In this document: one piece after another, positions 48,649 through 59,212 of the stretch
Position numbering within the stretch: the stretch's first letter is position 1
Layout: the number at the start of each line of letters is the position of its first letter
NCBI GenBank assembly: GCA_035289425.1
Contig: DATDXC010000002.1
Span: 474-64,473 of the forward strand
Origin: Candidatus Nanoarchaeia archaeon
GTDB lineage: Archaea > Nanobdellota > Nanobdellia > Woesearchaeales > DATDXC01
DNA: 64,000 nucleotides
Direction: 5' to 3'
Translations under genes and position numbers: made by a program
Notes under the pieces: model-generated
Seen by the model: the letters and a program-made list of their open reading frames with translations, nothing else
What the model was told of the DNA's origin: nothing
Databases searched by the model: none

Positions 48649-49079
48649 ATCACCTTCATTTCCTGATAATGCTCATTGTATAATAATTTTTTTGCTATTT
48701 CTTCAGCTTGTTGCCTATCGATGCCAAACAAAGCCCATACAATGCCTTTCTGCATTGATTTAATCTCCCTAAAACAAAGTCTGTTTTGCAGTATGGACAA
48801 CAGGCTTTGGCAGGTATCTCCTGAATCAGTGATAAGGAGGTATGCTGCAAACCGTTTTTTAAGCTCATTGGATGCTGTGTTCTTGTTCACATTTACCAAA
48901 ATATCAGTCTTATTGATTTTTTCTGCAAACTTTTTACCATCCCCTTCTATATCAAACCGGTAATAGATCAACCGCTCTAATCTGGTTACTTTATAACCAA
49001 TCTTCTCGATAGTATGCAAGGTGGTAATGGCTGTCGTATCAGGTATCTTCAGCCCCACAAACAATTCTACTATGCTCAT
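48645..49079 (-). CDS. purS: FGAM synthase PurS subunit (extended, 144 aa)
   Basis: The N-terminal ~75 aa 'VELFVGLKIPDTTAITTLHTIEKIGY' match PurS. A second half of similar size follows. Confidence 0.65.
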   Translation of the reverse strand: MSIVELFVGLKIPDTTAITTLHTIEKIGYKVTRLERLIYYRFDIEGDGKKFAEKINKTDILVNVNKNTASNELKKRFAAYLLITDSGDTCQSLLSILQNRLCFREIKSMQKGIVWALFGIDRQQAEEIAKKLLYNEHYQEMKVI

Positions 49080-49834
49080 TTTAGGTACTCCTTTATGCTC
49101 TCAAAAATCTTGATTCCTGGTCCTGGACCATCTCCCTCTTCATGATAGGTCGGAACCTGGCGCTGCCAGGTAGCCCTCTCAGGATGGGGCATCATGGCCA
49201 GCACATTCCCCTGTTTGTTGCAGATGCCTGCAATATTGATCATAGAGCCATTCGGGTTCACCGGAAATTTATCGATAATCTTTCCTGCAGCATCACAGTA
49301 CCTGAATAACAGTTGATCATGATCTATCAGTTCATTGACAAGGGCAGTATCTTTTGTTGTAAATCTTCCTTCACCATGCGCTACTGGTATCGAAAGCACT
49401 TCATCATCTTCCATGACTGAGTTGAAGGCAGTCTCTTTTTTAGAAGAATTCTTGATTTTAACCCAGGTGCAATAATATCCAGAGATGAATGGGTTGATGT
49501 TGGGGGCTAATGCCATCTGTGCCTGCTCAGCAAGAAGAGGGATGATGCCTGATTCCACCAATATCTGGCATCCATTGCATATACCCAGGACAACTTTGCC
49601 CTGCTCTGCACCTTCCCTTATAGCATCCAGTATCCTGTCCTTCGATGCTATGACGCCTGCGCGTATCCTATCTTCGTAACTCCATCCTCCGGGAAGTATA
49701 TAGCCTGCATAGGACTCAAGCTCCTTAGCATTCCACCTGATAACATCTGCTTTCAGGCCCGCTGCTTCGCAAGCCCTCTTTGTTTCCTGTTCGCAATTCG
49801 TTCCGGGGAAATAGATAACAGCAATTTTTGTCAT
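49076..49834 (-). CDS. purQ: FGAM synthase glutaminase subunit
   Basis: Has 'KIAVIYFPGTNCE', 'GICNGCQIL' and 'MMPHPER', the class I glutamine amidotransferase triad context. Confidence 0.9.
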   Translation of the reverse strand: MTKIAVIYFPGTNCEQETKRACEAAGLKADVIRWNAKELESYAGYILPGGWSYEDRIRAGVIASKDRILDAIREGAEQGKVVLGICNGCQILVESGIIPLLAEQAQMALAPNINPFISGYYCTWVKIKNSSKKETAFNSVMEDDEVLSIPVAHGEGRFTTKDTALVNELIDHDQLLFRYCDAAGKIIDKFPVNPNGSMINIAGICNKQGNVLAMMPHPERATWQRQVPTYHEEGDGPGPGIKIFESIKEYLK

Positions 49835-52168
49835 TTATTTCATTGCCTCAGGTATTCCCGATGTCCAAGCTTGTTTCAGCTCTTCTATTTTCAATTCAAT
49901 AAACTCCTTCCCATTCTTCTTTATTTTTAATTTTTTATCTTGAACTGTTTTCCCTAATTCAATAACCTTTAGATTATACTTATCACATAATTTCTGGACT
50001 GCATCTATATTCTTAGTCTCGAAGACAAATCCCGGAGATTCAGAGAATATCACTTTATCCGGACTTAATTTTGAGAAATCCAGGCTAATTTCAGCTCCAA
50101 TGGCTCCATCTGCTTCGCCGCCCAAAATCATTTCAGAGACGGTAGTTATCAATCCTCCATCTGAGATGTCATGGCAGCTCAATAATAATCCTTTTCCGAT
50201 CGAATCAATGATAGCATAGATTGCATTTTTTTCTTTTTCGAAGTCAATCTTCGGAACATTAGCCCCCAATTCGCCATGTACCTCATAGTAGACGCTTCCT
50301 CCTAATTCATCCTTTCGTTCTCCAATAAGGAACAAGGAGGAATCAGCTTTCTTGATCTGCATGGTGATGGCTTTAGTATAATCATCCATATATCCCAGAC
50401 AGGCAATGATGGGGCTTGGGTCAACCTGCTTTCCTTTGGCACTCTCGTTGTAGAAGCTGACATTGCCTGACACAAAAGGGACAGGGCTTTTCTTGTCACC
50501 CTTCCAGCAGAGCTTTCTAGCAGCATCTGAAATGCCTTTGACAGACTCCACAAAATCATTGAAAGCTTCAGGTACCTCGGGATTGCCGAAGTTTAGGCAG
50601 TCTGTCATGCCATAAGGCACTGCACCAACTGCTGCCACATTCCTCATCGCTTCTGCTACTGCATTGGCAGCTCCCCAATAAGGGTCAATCCGTGAATATT
50701 TTGGATTATGGTCAACAGACAATGCCAATGCTGCATTGCTTTCTGGAATAGGTGCTTGTATTCCGGCATCCGCCTCTCCTGGTCTGAACACAGCTAAGCC
50801 TTCAACTTCAGTATCATAATGTTTATAGACAAGAGCCTTTGAAGCCACATTAGGATGGCTTAGTATCTTCAATATTGTTTTTTTGTAATCAGGCTCTTTC
50901 AGATTCGGTTCTGTATACGTTCGTATCACTGCCTTGGCTTCTCTTGCATACCGTATGCCCTGAGTGAGGACATGGACAGGCACATTGCATACCCTTTTTC
51001 CCCTCTCTCGAATTATATAGTCAGTAGATTTGGTGACCGTGCCGATTACCGAAGCTCTTGCACCTTCTGCAACCATAGGGAGCTCAAAATCCTCATTATA
51101 GATCTTCAGAATTGTCGGCGTAAACTCTTCGGGGCTTATCCAGGTAAACCTCTCCTGAGTCTCTCCACAAGCTATGATATAAGGCGGGAGGCCCTGCATC
51201 GATACATGGATATTCTTTATCTCAATCTCAGCTCCGAATCCTCCAGAATCACACAGCTCTGAAGAAGCGCACATGATGCCTCCTGCCCCCATATCCTTAA
51301 ATCCTAAAGTTATACCCCTTTTTCTCGATTCTTCGAATACCGCATAAGTAGCCCTTAGCAAAACATTCTTTAGAAATGGGTCCGGAACCTGCACCGCTCC
51401 TTTATTGTACTCTTCCTCTTCTTCATTCAATACCAAAGAAGCGAAAGCAGCTCCTCCAAAACCTGAATTGTCAGTGGCTTTTCCCACAATCACAATATCA
51501 TATCCTTCTGCTGGTGCAGCTGAGTGGATTATGTCCTTTTCCTTGATAAGTCCTAAGCTTACTACATTTACCAGGCAATTTTCATCAAAGCTGTCATTAA
51601 AGTAGATATCTCCGGCAATGTTGGGTATGCCTAATGGGTTGCCATATCCTGCAATGCCTTCGACAACAGAATTGGCGATGTACTTGACATAATTCTTATT
51701 CTTTCCATGGGGGTTTCCAAACCGCAATGGATCTGCAGTGGCGATAACCTTGGCTCCCATGCAGGCAACATCTCTTATGATGCCTCCAATGCCAGTGGCA
51801 GCGCCCTCATATGGAACTACTTGGCTTGGGTGGTTGTGGGATTCATGACCGATAACAATGCCATACTGCTCCCCATTTACTTTGGCAAACTTGATGATAC
51901 CGGCATCTTCCTGCGGTCCCTGCATAACCGTAGGGCCAGTGGTAGGCAGTAATTTAAGAATTTCCTTGCTTGACTTATAGCTGCAATGCTCGCTCCATTG
52001 TATGTTGAACATATGCAGTTCAGTGAGTGTCGGATTTCTTCCTATAAGCTCAGCTATCTTCCTGCATTCAGACACCTTCAGCGCCAAAGAATTCTTTTTT
52101 ATGAAATCAGCTATATCTGCATCTGACTTAGAAGTAATCGGAATTGTCTCTATATCAACTTCCCCCAT
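49835..52168 (-). CDS. purL: FGAM synthase II (PurL)
   Basis: A 777 aa protein with the duplicated PurM-like domains of small PurL. It sits immediately upstream of purQ/purS. Confidence 0.9.
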   Translation of the reverse strand: MGEVDIETIPITSKSDADIADFIKKNSLALKVSECRKIAELIGRNPTLTELHMFNIQWSEHCSYKSSKEILKLLPTTGPTVMQGPQEDAGIIKFAKVNGEQYGIVIGHESHNHPSQVVPYEGAATGIGGIIRDVACMGAKVIATADPLRFGNPHGKNKNYVKYIANSVVEGIAGYGNPLGIPNIAGDIYFNDSFDENCLVNVVSLGLIKEKDIIHSAAPAEGYDIVIVGKATDNSGFGGAAFASLVLNEEEEEYNKGAVQVPDPFLKNVLLRATYAVFEESRKRGITLGFKDMGAGGIMCASSELCDSGGFGAEIEIKNIHVSMQGLPPYIIACGETQERFTWISPEEFTPTILKIYNEDFELPMVAEGARASVIGTVTKSTDYIIRERGKRVCNVPVHVLTQGIRYAREAKAVIRTYTEPNLKEPDYKKTILKILSHPNVASKALVYKHYDTEVEGLAVFRPGEADAGIQAPIPESNAALALSVDHNPKYSRIDPYWGAANAVAEAMRNVAAVGAVPYGMTDCLNFGNPEVPEAFNDFVESVKGISDAARKLCWKGDKKSPVPFVSGNVSFYNESAKGKQVDPSPIIACLGYMDDYTKAITMQIKKADSSLFLIGERKDELGGSVYYEVHGELGANVPKIDFEKEKNAIYAIIDSIGKGLLLSCHDISDGGLITTVSEMILGGEADGAIGAEISLDFSKLSPDKVIFSESPGFVFETKNIDAVQKLCDKYNLKVIELGKTVQDKKLKIKKNGKEFIELKIEELKQAWTSGIPEAMK

Positions 52169-52361
52169 TTTTCCCGCTTAAAATGGAATAGAGTATGTAT
52201 ATAAAGTTTTTGGATAGGATAACCACTTATCACTTTATACAAGAAATTTGGTCATGGAAATCAAAATTTTAGGCATATAATCCTTTTACACTCAAAATTT
52301 GACAGTTTTCGTATAAAAAGAGTTCTCGGTTTCGTTTAACGATACAACGAAAAAGTGACCT

Positions 52362-52394
52362 CCCCCCCACCCTAAAGGGTGGGGGTTTAAACCC
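52362..52394 (-). terminator. GC-rich hairpin with a downstream T-tract (putative terminator of the CaCA gene) overlapping a perfect GGGTTTAAACCC palindrome
   Basis: The hairpin is CCCCCACCC-TAAA-GGGTGGGGG (52364-52385). On the minus strand it is followed by TTTTTCGTTG. The palindrome GGGTTTAAACCC is adjacent. The surrounding region is strongly AT-rich. Confidence 0.35.
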
Positions 52395-52541
52395 TTATAA
52401 CACTAAAAGGAAGTTTGAAAAAATAATCTTTTGGGTATTTCTTTAGATAGTTGCTGAAATGTCTGTAAATAAAAACTTCTTCGTAAAATCTTTGATTTTG
52501 CTATAATTATACTACATATTAACATCCCATTATATTCTTCC

Positions 52542-53498
52542 TTATCCCCGGTAGATAACTAATGTAGTGTAGGCTGCATATAATAATAAGAAAATAGCTG
52601 CTTCCCATCTGTCTAATGTGTGCCGTTTGCCGCTGTACATGAAAAGGTACAGCAAAAGCGTGGTAATACCGAGTACCAAGAAATCCATATTGATCCCTAA
52701 CGGAGCAGGCAATGGAGCTATGACTACACTTATCCCCATAATAAAGAATATGTTAAAGATATTTGATCCGACAATATTCCCTACTGAAATATCCATCTCT
52801 TTTCTTATGGCAGCTACTATTGAAGTGACTAATTCAGGCAGGGAAGTTCCCCCAGCAATGATGGTTGCAGATATCAAAAGTTCACTTACGCCTAATTGTC
52901 TTGCGATAGACACAGCACCATCCACCGTAAATTTCCCTCCAATAAATAGTGCGATTAAACCTCCGGTGATAAGAAAGAAGAGTTTTAAGCTTGAATATTT
53001 TTTGATATCTAAGGTTTCATTTTTAGCTGAATGCTTCAGCAAATTAAAAATATATAGCAGGAAAAGCGCGAAGAACAAGAGTAATATAATCCCATCAGTT
53101 TTGGTCAGAGTATTTTGAAAGTTGCTGTTAAATAATGCCTTATTCGACATGATGAACAAAACTATAACGGCAACCATACCCAAAGGAATTTCTTTCCTTA
53201 CTGTGGATTTTTGCACCGTGAGGGGAGTAAGTAAGCCCGCTATCCCCAAAATAAAGAGTATGTTGAATATATTGCTGCCAATAATGTTCCCAAATGACAC
53301 ATCTGCCTTGCCCTGGATGGATGCGAAGATATTCACGATAAGCTCAGGCATCGAAGTGCCAAAGGCCACAATAGTGAGTCCGATCACTAAGGCAGAAATT
53401 CCCAGCCGCTTAGCCAGCGCTGATGCGCCTTCCACCAGCCAGTCAGCGCCCTTGTACAAGAGCGCAAGGCCGATGATGAGTGACAGGTATTCAATCAT
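52542..53498 (-). CDS. Ca2+/cation antiporter (CaCA family, YrbG-like)
   Basis: Two alpha-repeat motifs are present: 'GTSMPELIVNI' and 'GTSLPELVTSI'. A 10-TM topology is implied. Confidence 0.8.
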   Translation of the reverse strand: MIEYLSLIIGLALLYKGADWLVEGASALAKRLGISALVIGLTIVAFGTSMPELIVNIFASIQGKADVSFGNIIGSNIFNILFILGIAGLLTPLTVQKSTVRKEIPLGMVAVIVLFIMSNKALFNSNFQNTLTKTDGIILLLFFALFLLYIFNLLKHSAKNETLDIKKYSSLKLFFLITGGLIALFIGGKFTVDGAVSIARQLGVSELLISATIIAGGTSLPELVTSIVAAIRKEMDISVGNIVGSNIFNIFFIMGISVVIAPLPAPLGINMDFLVLGITTLLLYLFMYSGKRHTLDRWEAAIFLLLYAAYTTLVIYRG

Positions 53499-53579
53499 TG
53501 CTTTTATGTAATCTGGTTTCTTTATTAAAGTTTCCTAAAATCAAAACATTTATAAATAAGTTCGTAGGTACGAACTTTT

Positions 53580-53969
53580 ATGAATCCTACCAGAGAGGAC
53601 TATGTCAGGGCTATCTATATCTTGGGCAGCCGGCTGGACCGTGCAGTGCGGGAAGTGGACATAGCGCATCATTTGTCTCTGGCGAAATCTACGGTCTCAG
53701 AGAGAATTCACAAGCTGGAGATGCAGTCGATAGTTACTAAGAAATATGGCATAGGCCTCACCAAGAAAGGCAGGCTAATAGCTCAAAACCTGACAGAAAA
53801 ACACAGGCTTATTGAAGTGTTCCTCCATGATGTTTTAGGCTTGAGGCAATTCGAGATTCATAGTGAGGCTGACAAGCTCGAACATGCCTTCTCAGACAAA
53901 AGCATCAAGAAATTAAGAAGTTTTCTCAAAAATCCAAAATATTGTCCGCATGGTGAAAAGATAAGATGA
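53580..53969 (+). CDS. mntR: DtxR/MntR-family metal-dependent transcriptional repressor
   Basis: Has 'TREDYVRAIYIL', an HTH 'LSLAKSTVSERIHKLE' and 'HRLIEVFL'. It is followed by an Nramp transporter gene. Confidence 0.8.
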   Translation: MNPTREDYVRAIYILGSRLDRAVREVDIAHHLSLAKSTVSERIHKLEMQSIVTKKYGIGLTKKGRLIAQNLTEKHRLIEVFLHDVLGLRQFEIHSEADKLEHAFSDKSIKKLRSFLKNPKYCPHGEKIR

Positions 53970-55192
53970 AGCAATTTCTGAAGAGGCATGCAAAGCTATT
54001 GTCCTTTATGGGCTCAGGCCTGATAGTGAGTGTTGCTTACATAGATCCAGGAAACTGGGGAACAAACATAGGCGGTGGCTCAACCTTCAACTACGACCTT
54101 TTATGGGTTATTTGGATGGCATCTGGCATGGCCATGCTCTTTCAATATCTGTCAGGCAAGCTGGGGTTGGCAGGTCATTCACTCCCCGAACTGATCAAGG
54201 AAAAAGTAAGGAATAAAGCCTTAGTCATCGGTTATTGGCTACTGTCCGAGATAGCCATCTTAGCAACAGACCTTGCTGAATTCTTAGGCATAGTCGTCGC
54301 ATTACAATTGTTGTTTGGCATACCTCTCTTATGGGGAACTTACATAGCAATGGCAGATGTCCTCGTGATACTTTTCCTCATCAGAAAGCGATTTAGGGTA
54401 TTAGAACAGGCTTTTATTGGTTTTGTTGGTATTATAGGCCTTGGGTTCGTGTATGAAGTGTTTATATCAAAGCCTGATTTTACATCCATAGTTATACATT
54501 CAGTAACTCCCATACTTACACCTCAGAGCGCCCTGATAGCAGTGGGTATCATTGGTGCAACAGTCATGCCCCACGCATTGTTTATCCATTCATGGCTTAT
54601 AAAAAATAAGATGAAAGACCACACAGAACTGACAAAAAGCCAAGCCCTGCATTATCATAGGATCGATAATACCATTGCGCTTACTGTTGCAGGATGTATC
54701 AATGCTGCCATGTTGATAATGGCCGCAGCTGCTTTCTACAACGTAGGTGCAGTTGCGACTCTGGAAGGCGCCCATGCGACTTTAATACCTCTCTTTGGTA
54801 AGTTTGCTGCCTTAGTTTTTGCTCTTGCGCTGCTCTCTGCAGGTATCTCTTCATCAGTTACTGGTACCCTTGCGGGGCAGGCTGTTATGGATGGCCTTAC
54901 CGGATTCAGGATAAATATATGGGTTAGAAGGCTGATTACCCGGATCATAAACGTTATTCCTTTAACAATTGCAATATTGATGGGCATTGAACCTCTGCAA
55001 ATTCTGATCTGGAGCCAGACCGCCTTGAGTTTCCTTATTCCGCTTCCATTGATACCCATCATAATCTTTACTGCTAACAAAAACATAATGAAGGAACTGG
55101 TCAATAAGAAATTTACTACAATACTTGCTATACTCTTTGGAATGGTTATTCTTGGATTCAATGTATATCTGATATACTCCATGTTTGGATAG
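53966..55192 (+). CDS. mntH: Nramp-family divalent metal (Mn2+/Fe2+) transporter
   Basis: 'VAYIDPGNWGTNIGGGS' is the Nramp DPGN motif. A polytopic membrane topology is implied. Confidence 0.85.
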   Translation: MKQFLKRHAKLLSFMGSGLIVSVAYIDPGNWGTNIGGGSTFNYDLLWVIWMASGMAMLFQYLSGKLGLAGHSLPELIKEKVRNKALVIGYWLLSEIAILATDLAEFLGIVVALQLLFGIPLLWGTYIAMADVLVILFLIRKRFRVLEQAFIGFVGIIGLGFVYEVFISKPDFTSIVIHSVTPILTPQSALIAVGIIGATVMPHALFIHSWLIKNKMKDHTELTKSQALHYHRIDNTIALTVAGCINAAMLIMAAAAFYNVGAVATLEGAHATLIPLFGKFAALVFALALLSAGISSSVTGTLAGQAVMDGLTGFRINIWVRRLITRIINVIPLTIAILMGIEPLQILIWSQTALSFLIPLPLIPIIIFTANKNIMKELVNKKFTTILAILFGMVILGFNVYLIYSMFG

Positions 55193-55469
55193 GGTTACCC
55201 TTCTTCTTGACAACGGACAAAACAAAGCAATACCTTTACCACCCATGTCGATCAGCAGATGTATTGCCAAATAAATAGACCGAGTACGGCAAGTAGAGCA
55301 GGTCGAATTACCATCCAAAAGTGGCATATGTAGTAGGTCAGCCTTAAAAAAACACAACCTATAGTTTCAAAAAACGAAAAGTATAAATAGGGGTGTTCTG
55401 TATATATTTTTAGAAATTGTGGCGGCGTTTCTCCCTGCCATTTCTGTATATAACTAAAAAGAGGCACAA

Positions 55470-58187
55470 ATGCAAGAGATGTATGTAATCAAACGAACAG
55501 GCGAATTGGTTCTTTTTGATGAATCTAGGATATCAAATGCCATACAAAAAGCAATTCGGGCAATCGGCACCAAGATCCCATCAGAAACTGTTGACAATAT
55601 AGTAAGCAACATAGTAGCTGAAATCAATGATCGATTTGTTGACTTCTATCCAAATGTCGAAAATATCCAGGACCTTGTTGAGAAGCACTTGGTGAAAAAT
55701 GGACTCTATGAGGTTTCCAAAGAGTATATCTTATATAGGGCTGAGAGGAAAAAAGCCCGCGACGAAAAAAGGAAGCAGGACATCGAGAAATCTTTATTGG
55801 GCAAGCTCAAGCTAAAGAAACGCGATGGAAGTACAGTCATCTTTGATCCGGCAAAACTTGAAAGGACCTTGCTGAGGGCTTCATCAGGCCTTGATATATC
55901 TGTCAGTCTGATTACTGCTGAAGTCATTAATAATATTTTTGATGGGATTTCTACTAAAGAACTTGAACAAGCGCTCATATTGGCTGCGACCGCATTTATC
56001 GAGAAAGATCCGGCATACAACTCTGTTGCAGGCAGGTTATTCTTGCAGCGTGTGTATAAAGAGGTTTTTGGTTTGTCTACCCAAGATCCAGAGTTACAGG
56101 GTGCATACACCACAGCCTTCAAAAAAACCATAAGAGAGGGCATCGCACAAAATCGTCTTGACCCCAAGATGAATGAATTTAATCTTGATACTCTTGCAAA
56201 GGCAATTGTCATAGACCGAGATAATCTGTTGCAGTATATAGGGATTCAGACCTTGTACGAACGCTACTTCCTCAGATGGGATAATCAAAGAAGGGAAACT
56301 CCCCAGATATTCTGGATGAGAGTTGCGATGGGATTGGCACTAAATGAGAAAGCGAAGGAAGAGAAAGCCATAGAGTTCTATAATGTGCTGTCAACACTCC
56401 GTTTTGTGTCTTCAACGCCAACCTTATTCCATTCGGGTACTACACACCCGCAGCTGAGCTCATGCTATCTAACTACAGTCATGGATGACCTGAAACATAT
56501 TTTCAAATGTTTGGGAGATAATGCCCAGCTGTCAAAATGGTCAGGCGGTTTAGGCAATGACTGGACAAACATACGGGCAACCGGCTCGTGGATCAAAGCC
56601 ACTAATGTAGAAAGCCAAGGTGTCGTGCCATTCCTTAAGATCGCCAATGATGTAACTGCGGCAATTAACCGAAGCGGCAAGCGAAGAGGCGCAACATGCG
56701 CCTATCTCGAGGCATGGCATATGGATATTGAGGATTTCCTTGATCTCAGGAAGAATACTGGAGATGAAAGGCGCCGCACCCACGACATGAATACTGCCCA
56801 TTGGATTCCTGATCTTTTCATGAAGAGGGTACTGGCAAATGAGGATTGGACTTTGTTTTCTCCTGATGACGTACCTGATCTGCACCACATCTATGGAAAG
56901 AAATTTGAGGAAAGATATACCGAGTATGAGCAAAAAGCAAAACAGGGAGTGATACGCCACTTCAAAGTTATACCCGCTATAAAATTGTGGAGGAAAATGC
57001 TTTCTATGCTATTTGAGACCGGGCACCCCTGGATAACATTCAAGGACCCATGCAACATCCGATCTCCCCAGGATCATGTTGGTGTGATCCACAGCTCAAA
57101 TCTATGTACTGAGATAACCTTGAACACTTCAGCTGATGAGACTGCAGTTTGCAATCTGGGGTCAATAAACCTTGAGAAGCACGTTACTGAAAAGGGAATT
57201 GATGAGGCTCTGTTAGCTTCTACAGTACATACTGCCATCACGATGCTGGATAATGTGATTGACATCAATTTTTATCCCACTGTTGAGGCGGAAAATTCCA
57301 ATAAGAAGCATAGGCCGATTGGTTTGGGGATTATGGGGGTGCAGGATGCGCTGTTCAGGCTAAATCTTCCCTTTGATGCTGAAGAGGCATTTGAGTTCTC
57401 TGATCGCATCATGGAGCTTATATCCTATCATGCTATAGCCGCATCATCTAACTTAGCTAAGGAGAAAGGTTCCTATGAATCATTCAAAGGTTCAAAATGG
57501 GACAGGGGAATATTCCCCCTGGATACATTGGATATCTTGGAGCAAGAAAGAGGCATGGAGATCCCTATCTCAAGGAAATCAACCTTGGATTGGGCTTCAC
57601 TGAAGAAAAAAGTCAGGATGCAGGGCATGCGCAACTCAAACACCATGGCTGTTGCGCCTACCGCAACCATCTCAACAATTGCAGGATGCTATCCATGCAT
57701 TGAGCCGATGTACAAAAACATCTATGTGAAATCAAACATGAGCGGAGAATTCACCATAATCAATTCCTATCTCATTGATGACCTGAGTAAGATGGGATTA
57801 TGGAATGATGAGATGCTTGAACAGCTGAAATATTATGACGGCAATATCTCCATGATAGCTGCCATACCTGATGAGCTGAAGGCAAAGTACAAGGAAAGTT
57901 TTGATATAGACCCATTAGCCTTGATCAAGCATACTGCGCTCCGGGGAAAATGGATCGACCAAAGCCAAAGCCACAACGTATTCATCAAAGGAACATCCGG
58001 TAGAGTATTAAGCGACGCATACCAGTATGCATGGCAGCTTGGCATGAAAACTACCTATTACATGAGAGCATTGGCGGCTACGCAGATTGAAAAGTCCACA
58101 CTGGACGCCAACAAATATGGGTATACCCAAAAAAGAGAGTACAAGCAAGGCCTTGAAGAATCCAAGGTGTGTGAAGCATGCCAATAA
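55470..58187 (+). CDS. nrdA: ribonucleoside-diphosphate reductase alpha subunit (class Ia) with an ATP-cone
   Basis: The N-terminal ATP-cone is 'VIKRTGELVLFDESRISNAIQKA'. The active-site region is 'NLCTEI', and the C-terminus is 'VCEACQ'. Length is 905 aa. Confidence 0.9.
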   Translation: MQEMYVIKRTGELVLFDESRISNAIQKAIRAIGTKIPSETVDNIVSNIVAEINDRFVDFYPNVENIQDLVEKHLVKNGLYEVSKEYILYRAERKKARDEKRKQDIEKSLLGKLKLKKRDGSTVIFDPAKLERTLLRASSGLDISVSLITAEVINNIFDGISTKELEQALILAATAFIEKDPAYNSVAGRLFLQRVYKEVFGLSTQDPELQGAYTTAFKKTIREGIAQNRLDPKMNEFNLDTLAKAIVIDRDNLLQYIGIQTLYERYFLRWDNQRRETPQIFWMRVAMGLALNEKAKEEKAIEFYNVLSTLRFVSSTPTLFHSGTTHPQLSSCYLTTVMDDLKHIFKCLGDNAQLSKWSGGLGNDWTNIRATGSWIKATNVESQGVVPFLKIANDVTAAINRSGKRRGATCAYLEAWHMDIEDFLDLRKNTGDERRRTHDMNTAHWIPDLFMKRVLANEDWTLFSPDDVPDLHHIYGKKFEERYTEYEQKAKQGVIRHFKVIPAIKLWRKMLSMLFETGHPWITFKDPCNIRSPQDHVGVIHSSNLCTEITLNTSADETAVCNLGSINLEKHVTEKGIDEALLASTVHTAITMLDNVIDINFYPTVEAENSNKKHRPIGLGIMGVQDALFRLNLPFDAEEAFEFSDRIMELISYHAIAASSNLAKEKGSYESFKGSKWDRGIFPLDTLDILEQERGMEIPISRKSTLDWASLKKKVRMQGMRNSNTMAVAPTATISTIAGCYPCIEPMYKNIYVKSNMSGEFTIINSYLIDDLSKMGLWNDEMLEQLKYYDGNISMIAAIPDELKAKYKESFDIDPLALIKHTALRGKWIDQSQSHNVFIKGTSGRVLSDAYQYAWQLGMKTTYYMRALAATQIEKSTLDANKYGYTQKREYKQGLEESKVCEACQ

Positions 58188-59173
58188 TTAACAGTTCAAA
58201 AACTGATCCGAACAAGATACTGCCCCTGACATATAAATGGGCACGCCAGCATTATAAGGATGGAGTGGCAAACAACTGGGTGCCGGAAGAAGTGGGGATG
58301 CAGAAAGATGTTGAGCAATGGAAATCAGATTCAGTCCTCTCTGAAACTGAACGCCGCCTTATAGTATGGAACTTAGGTTTTTTCTCAACTGCAGAATCAC
58401 TCACCGCCAACAATATTGTATTGGCAGTGTACTCCCATATAACCAATCCTGAGTGCAGGCAATATCTGCTCAGGCAGGCATTTGAGGAAGCAGTGCATAC
58501 AGACACATTCATCTATTGCTGTGACAGCCTGATGCTTGATCCTGAGGAAATCTACAACATGTATAAAACTATACCTTCCATCAAAGAAAAAGACGATTTT
58601 GTGGTAGAGCTGACCAAGTCAGTGTTCGACCGCAGTTTTACGACAGAGGGCCTTGAAAACGTCAGGAAATTCGTTCACGATCTGGTCGGCTACTATGTCA
58701 TTATGGAAGGGATCTTTTTCTATGCTGGCTTTGCCATGATGCTTGCCTTAAAGCGGCAGAACAAGATGGTAGGTGTCGGTGAACAATTTGAGTTTATCAT
58801 GCGGGATGAAAGCGTCCATCTTGCCTTTGGCTGTGATGTCATCAATACCGTAAAGAATGAAAATCCCGAGATCTGGACAGAAGCTTTCCAGCAGGAGCTG
58901 GTAGAGCTGATAAAGAAATCTGTCGACCTTGAGAAGACGTATGCTCACGATGCATGTCCCCAGGGCCTGCTCGGCATTAACGCTGACCAGTTTGCCAAAT
59001 ATGTGGAATACATTGCTGACCGACGCTTGGAACGCATAGGGCTGCCTAAGCTGTTTGGAACACCTAACCCGCTGCCCTGGATGTCCCAATCCACTGACCT
59101 CAGCAAAGAGAAGAACTTCTTCGAGACAAGAGTGACTGAATATCAGACATCAGGCAATCTCGACTGGGGTTAA
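58178..59173 (+). CDS. nrdB: ribonucleoside-diphosphate reductase beta subunit (R2)
   Basis: Has the di-iron ligand motifs 'EEAVHTDTF' and 'MRDESVHLAF'. Its start overlaps the end of nrdA. Confidence 0.85.
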   Translation: MPIINSSKTDPNKILPLTYKWARQHYKDGVANNWVPEEVGMQKDVEQWKSDSVLSETERRLIVWNLGFFSTAESLTANNIVLAVYSHITNPECRQYLLRQAFEEAVHTDTFIYCCDSLMLDPEEIYNMYKTIPSIKEKDDFVVELTKSVFDRSFTTEGLENVRKFVHDLVGYYVIMEGIFFYAGFAMMLALKRQNKMVGVGEQFEFIMRDESVHLAFGCDVINTVKNENPEIWTEAFQQELVELIKKSVDLEKTYAHDACPQGLLGINADQFAKYVEYIADRRLERIGLPKLFGTPNPLPWMSQSTDLSKEKNFFETRVTEYQTSGNLDWG

Positions 59174-59212
59174 AGGGATACCTTTTTATAGAAATAACAA
59201 ATTACTTTTCAT

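Noticed and set aside
52618-53511. Two plus-strand ORFs of 166 and 129 aa.
   Set aside because: They are antisense to the CaCA antiporter gene.
54736-55357. Minus-strand ORFs of 148 and 131 aa.
   Set aside because: They are antisense to mntH and to the following intergenic region, and have no motifs.
55706-56212. A 168 aa minus-strand ORF.
   Set aside because: It is antisense to nrdA.
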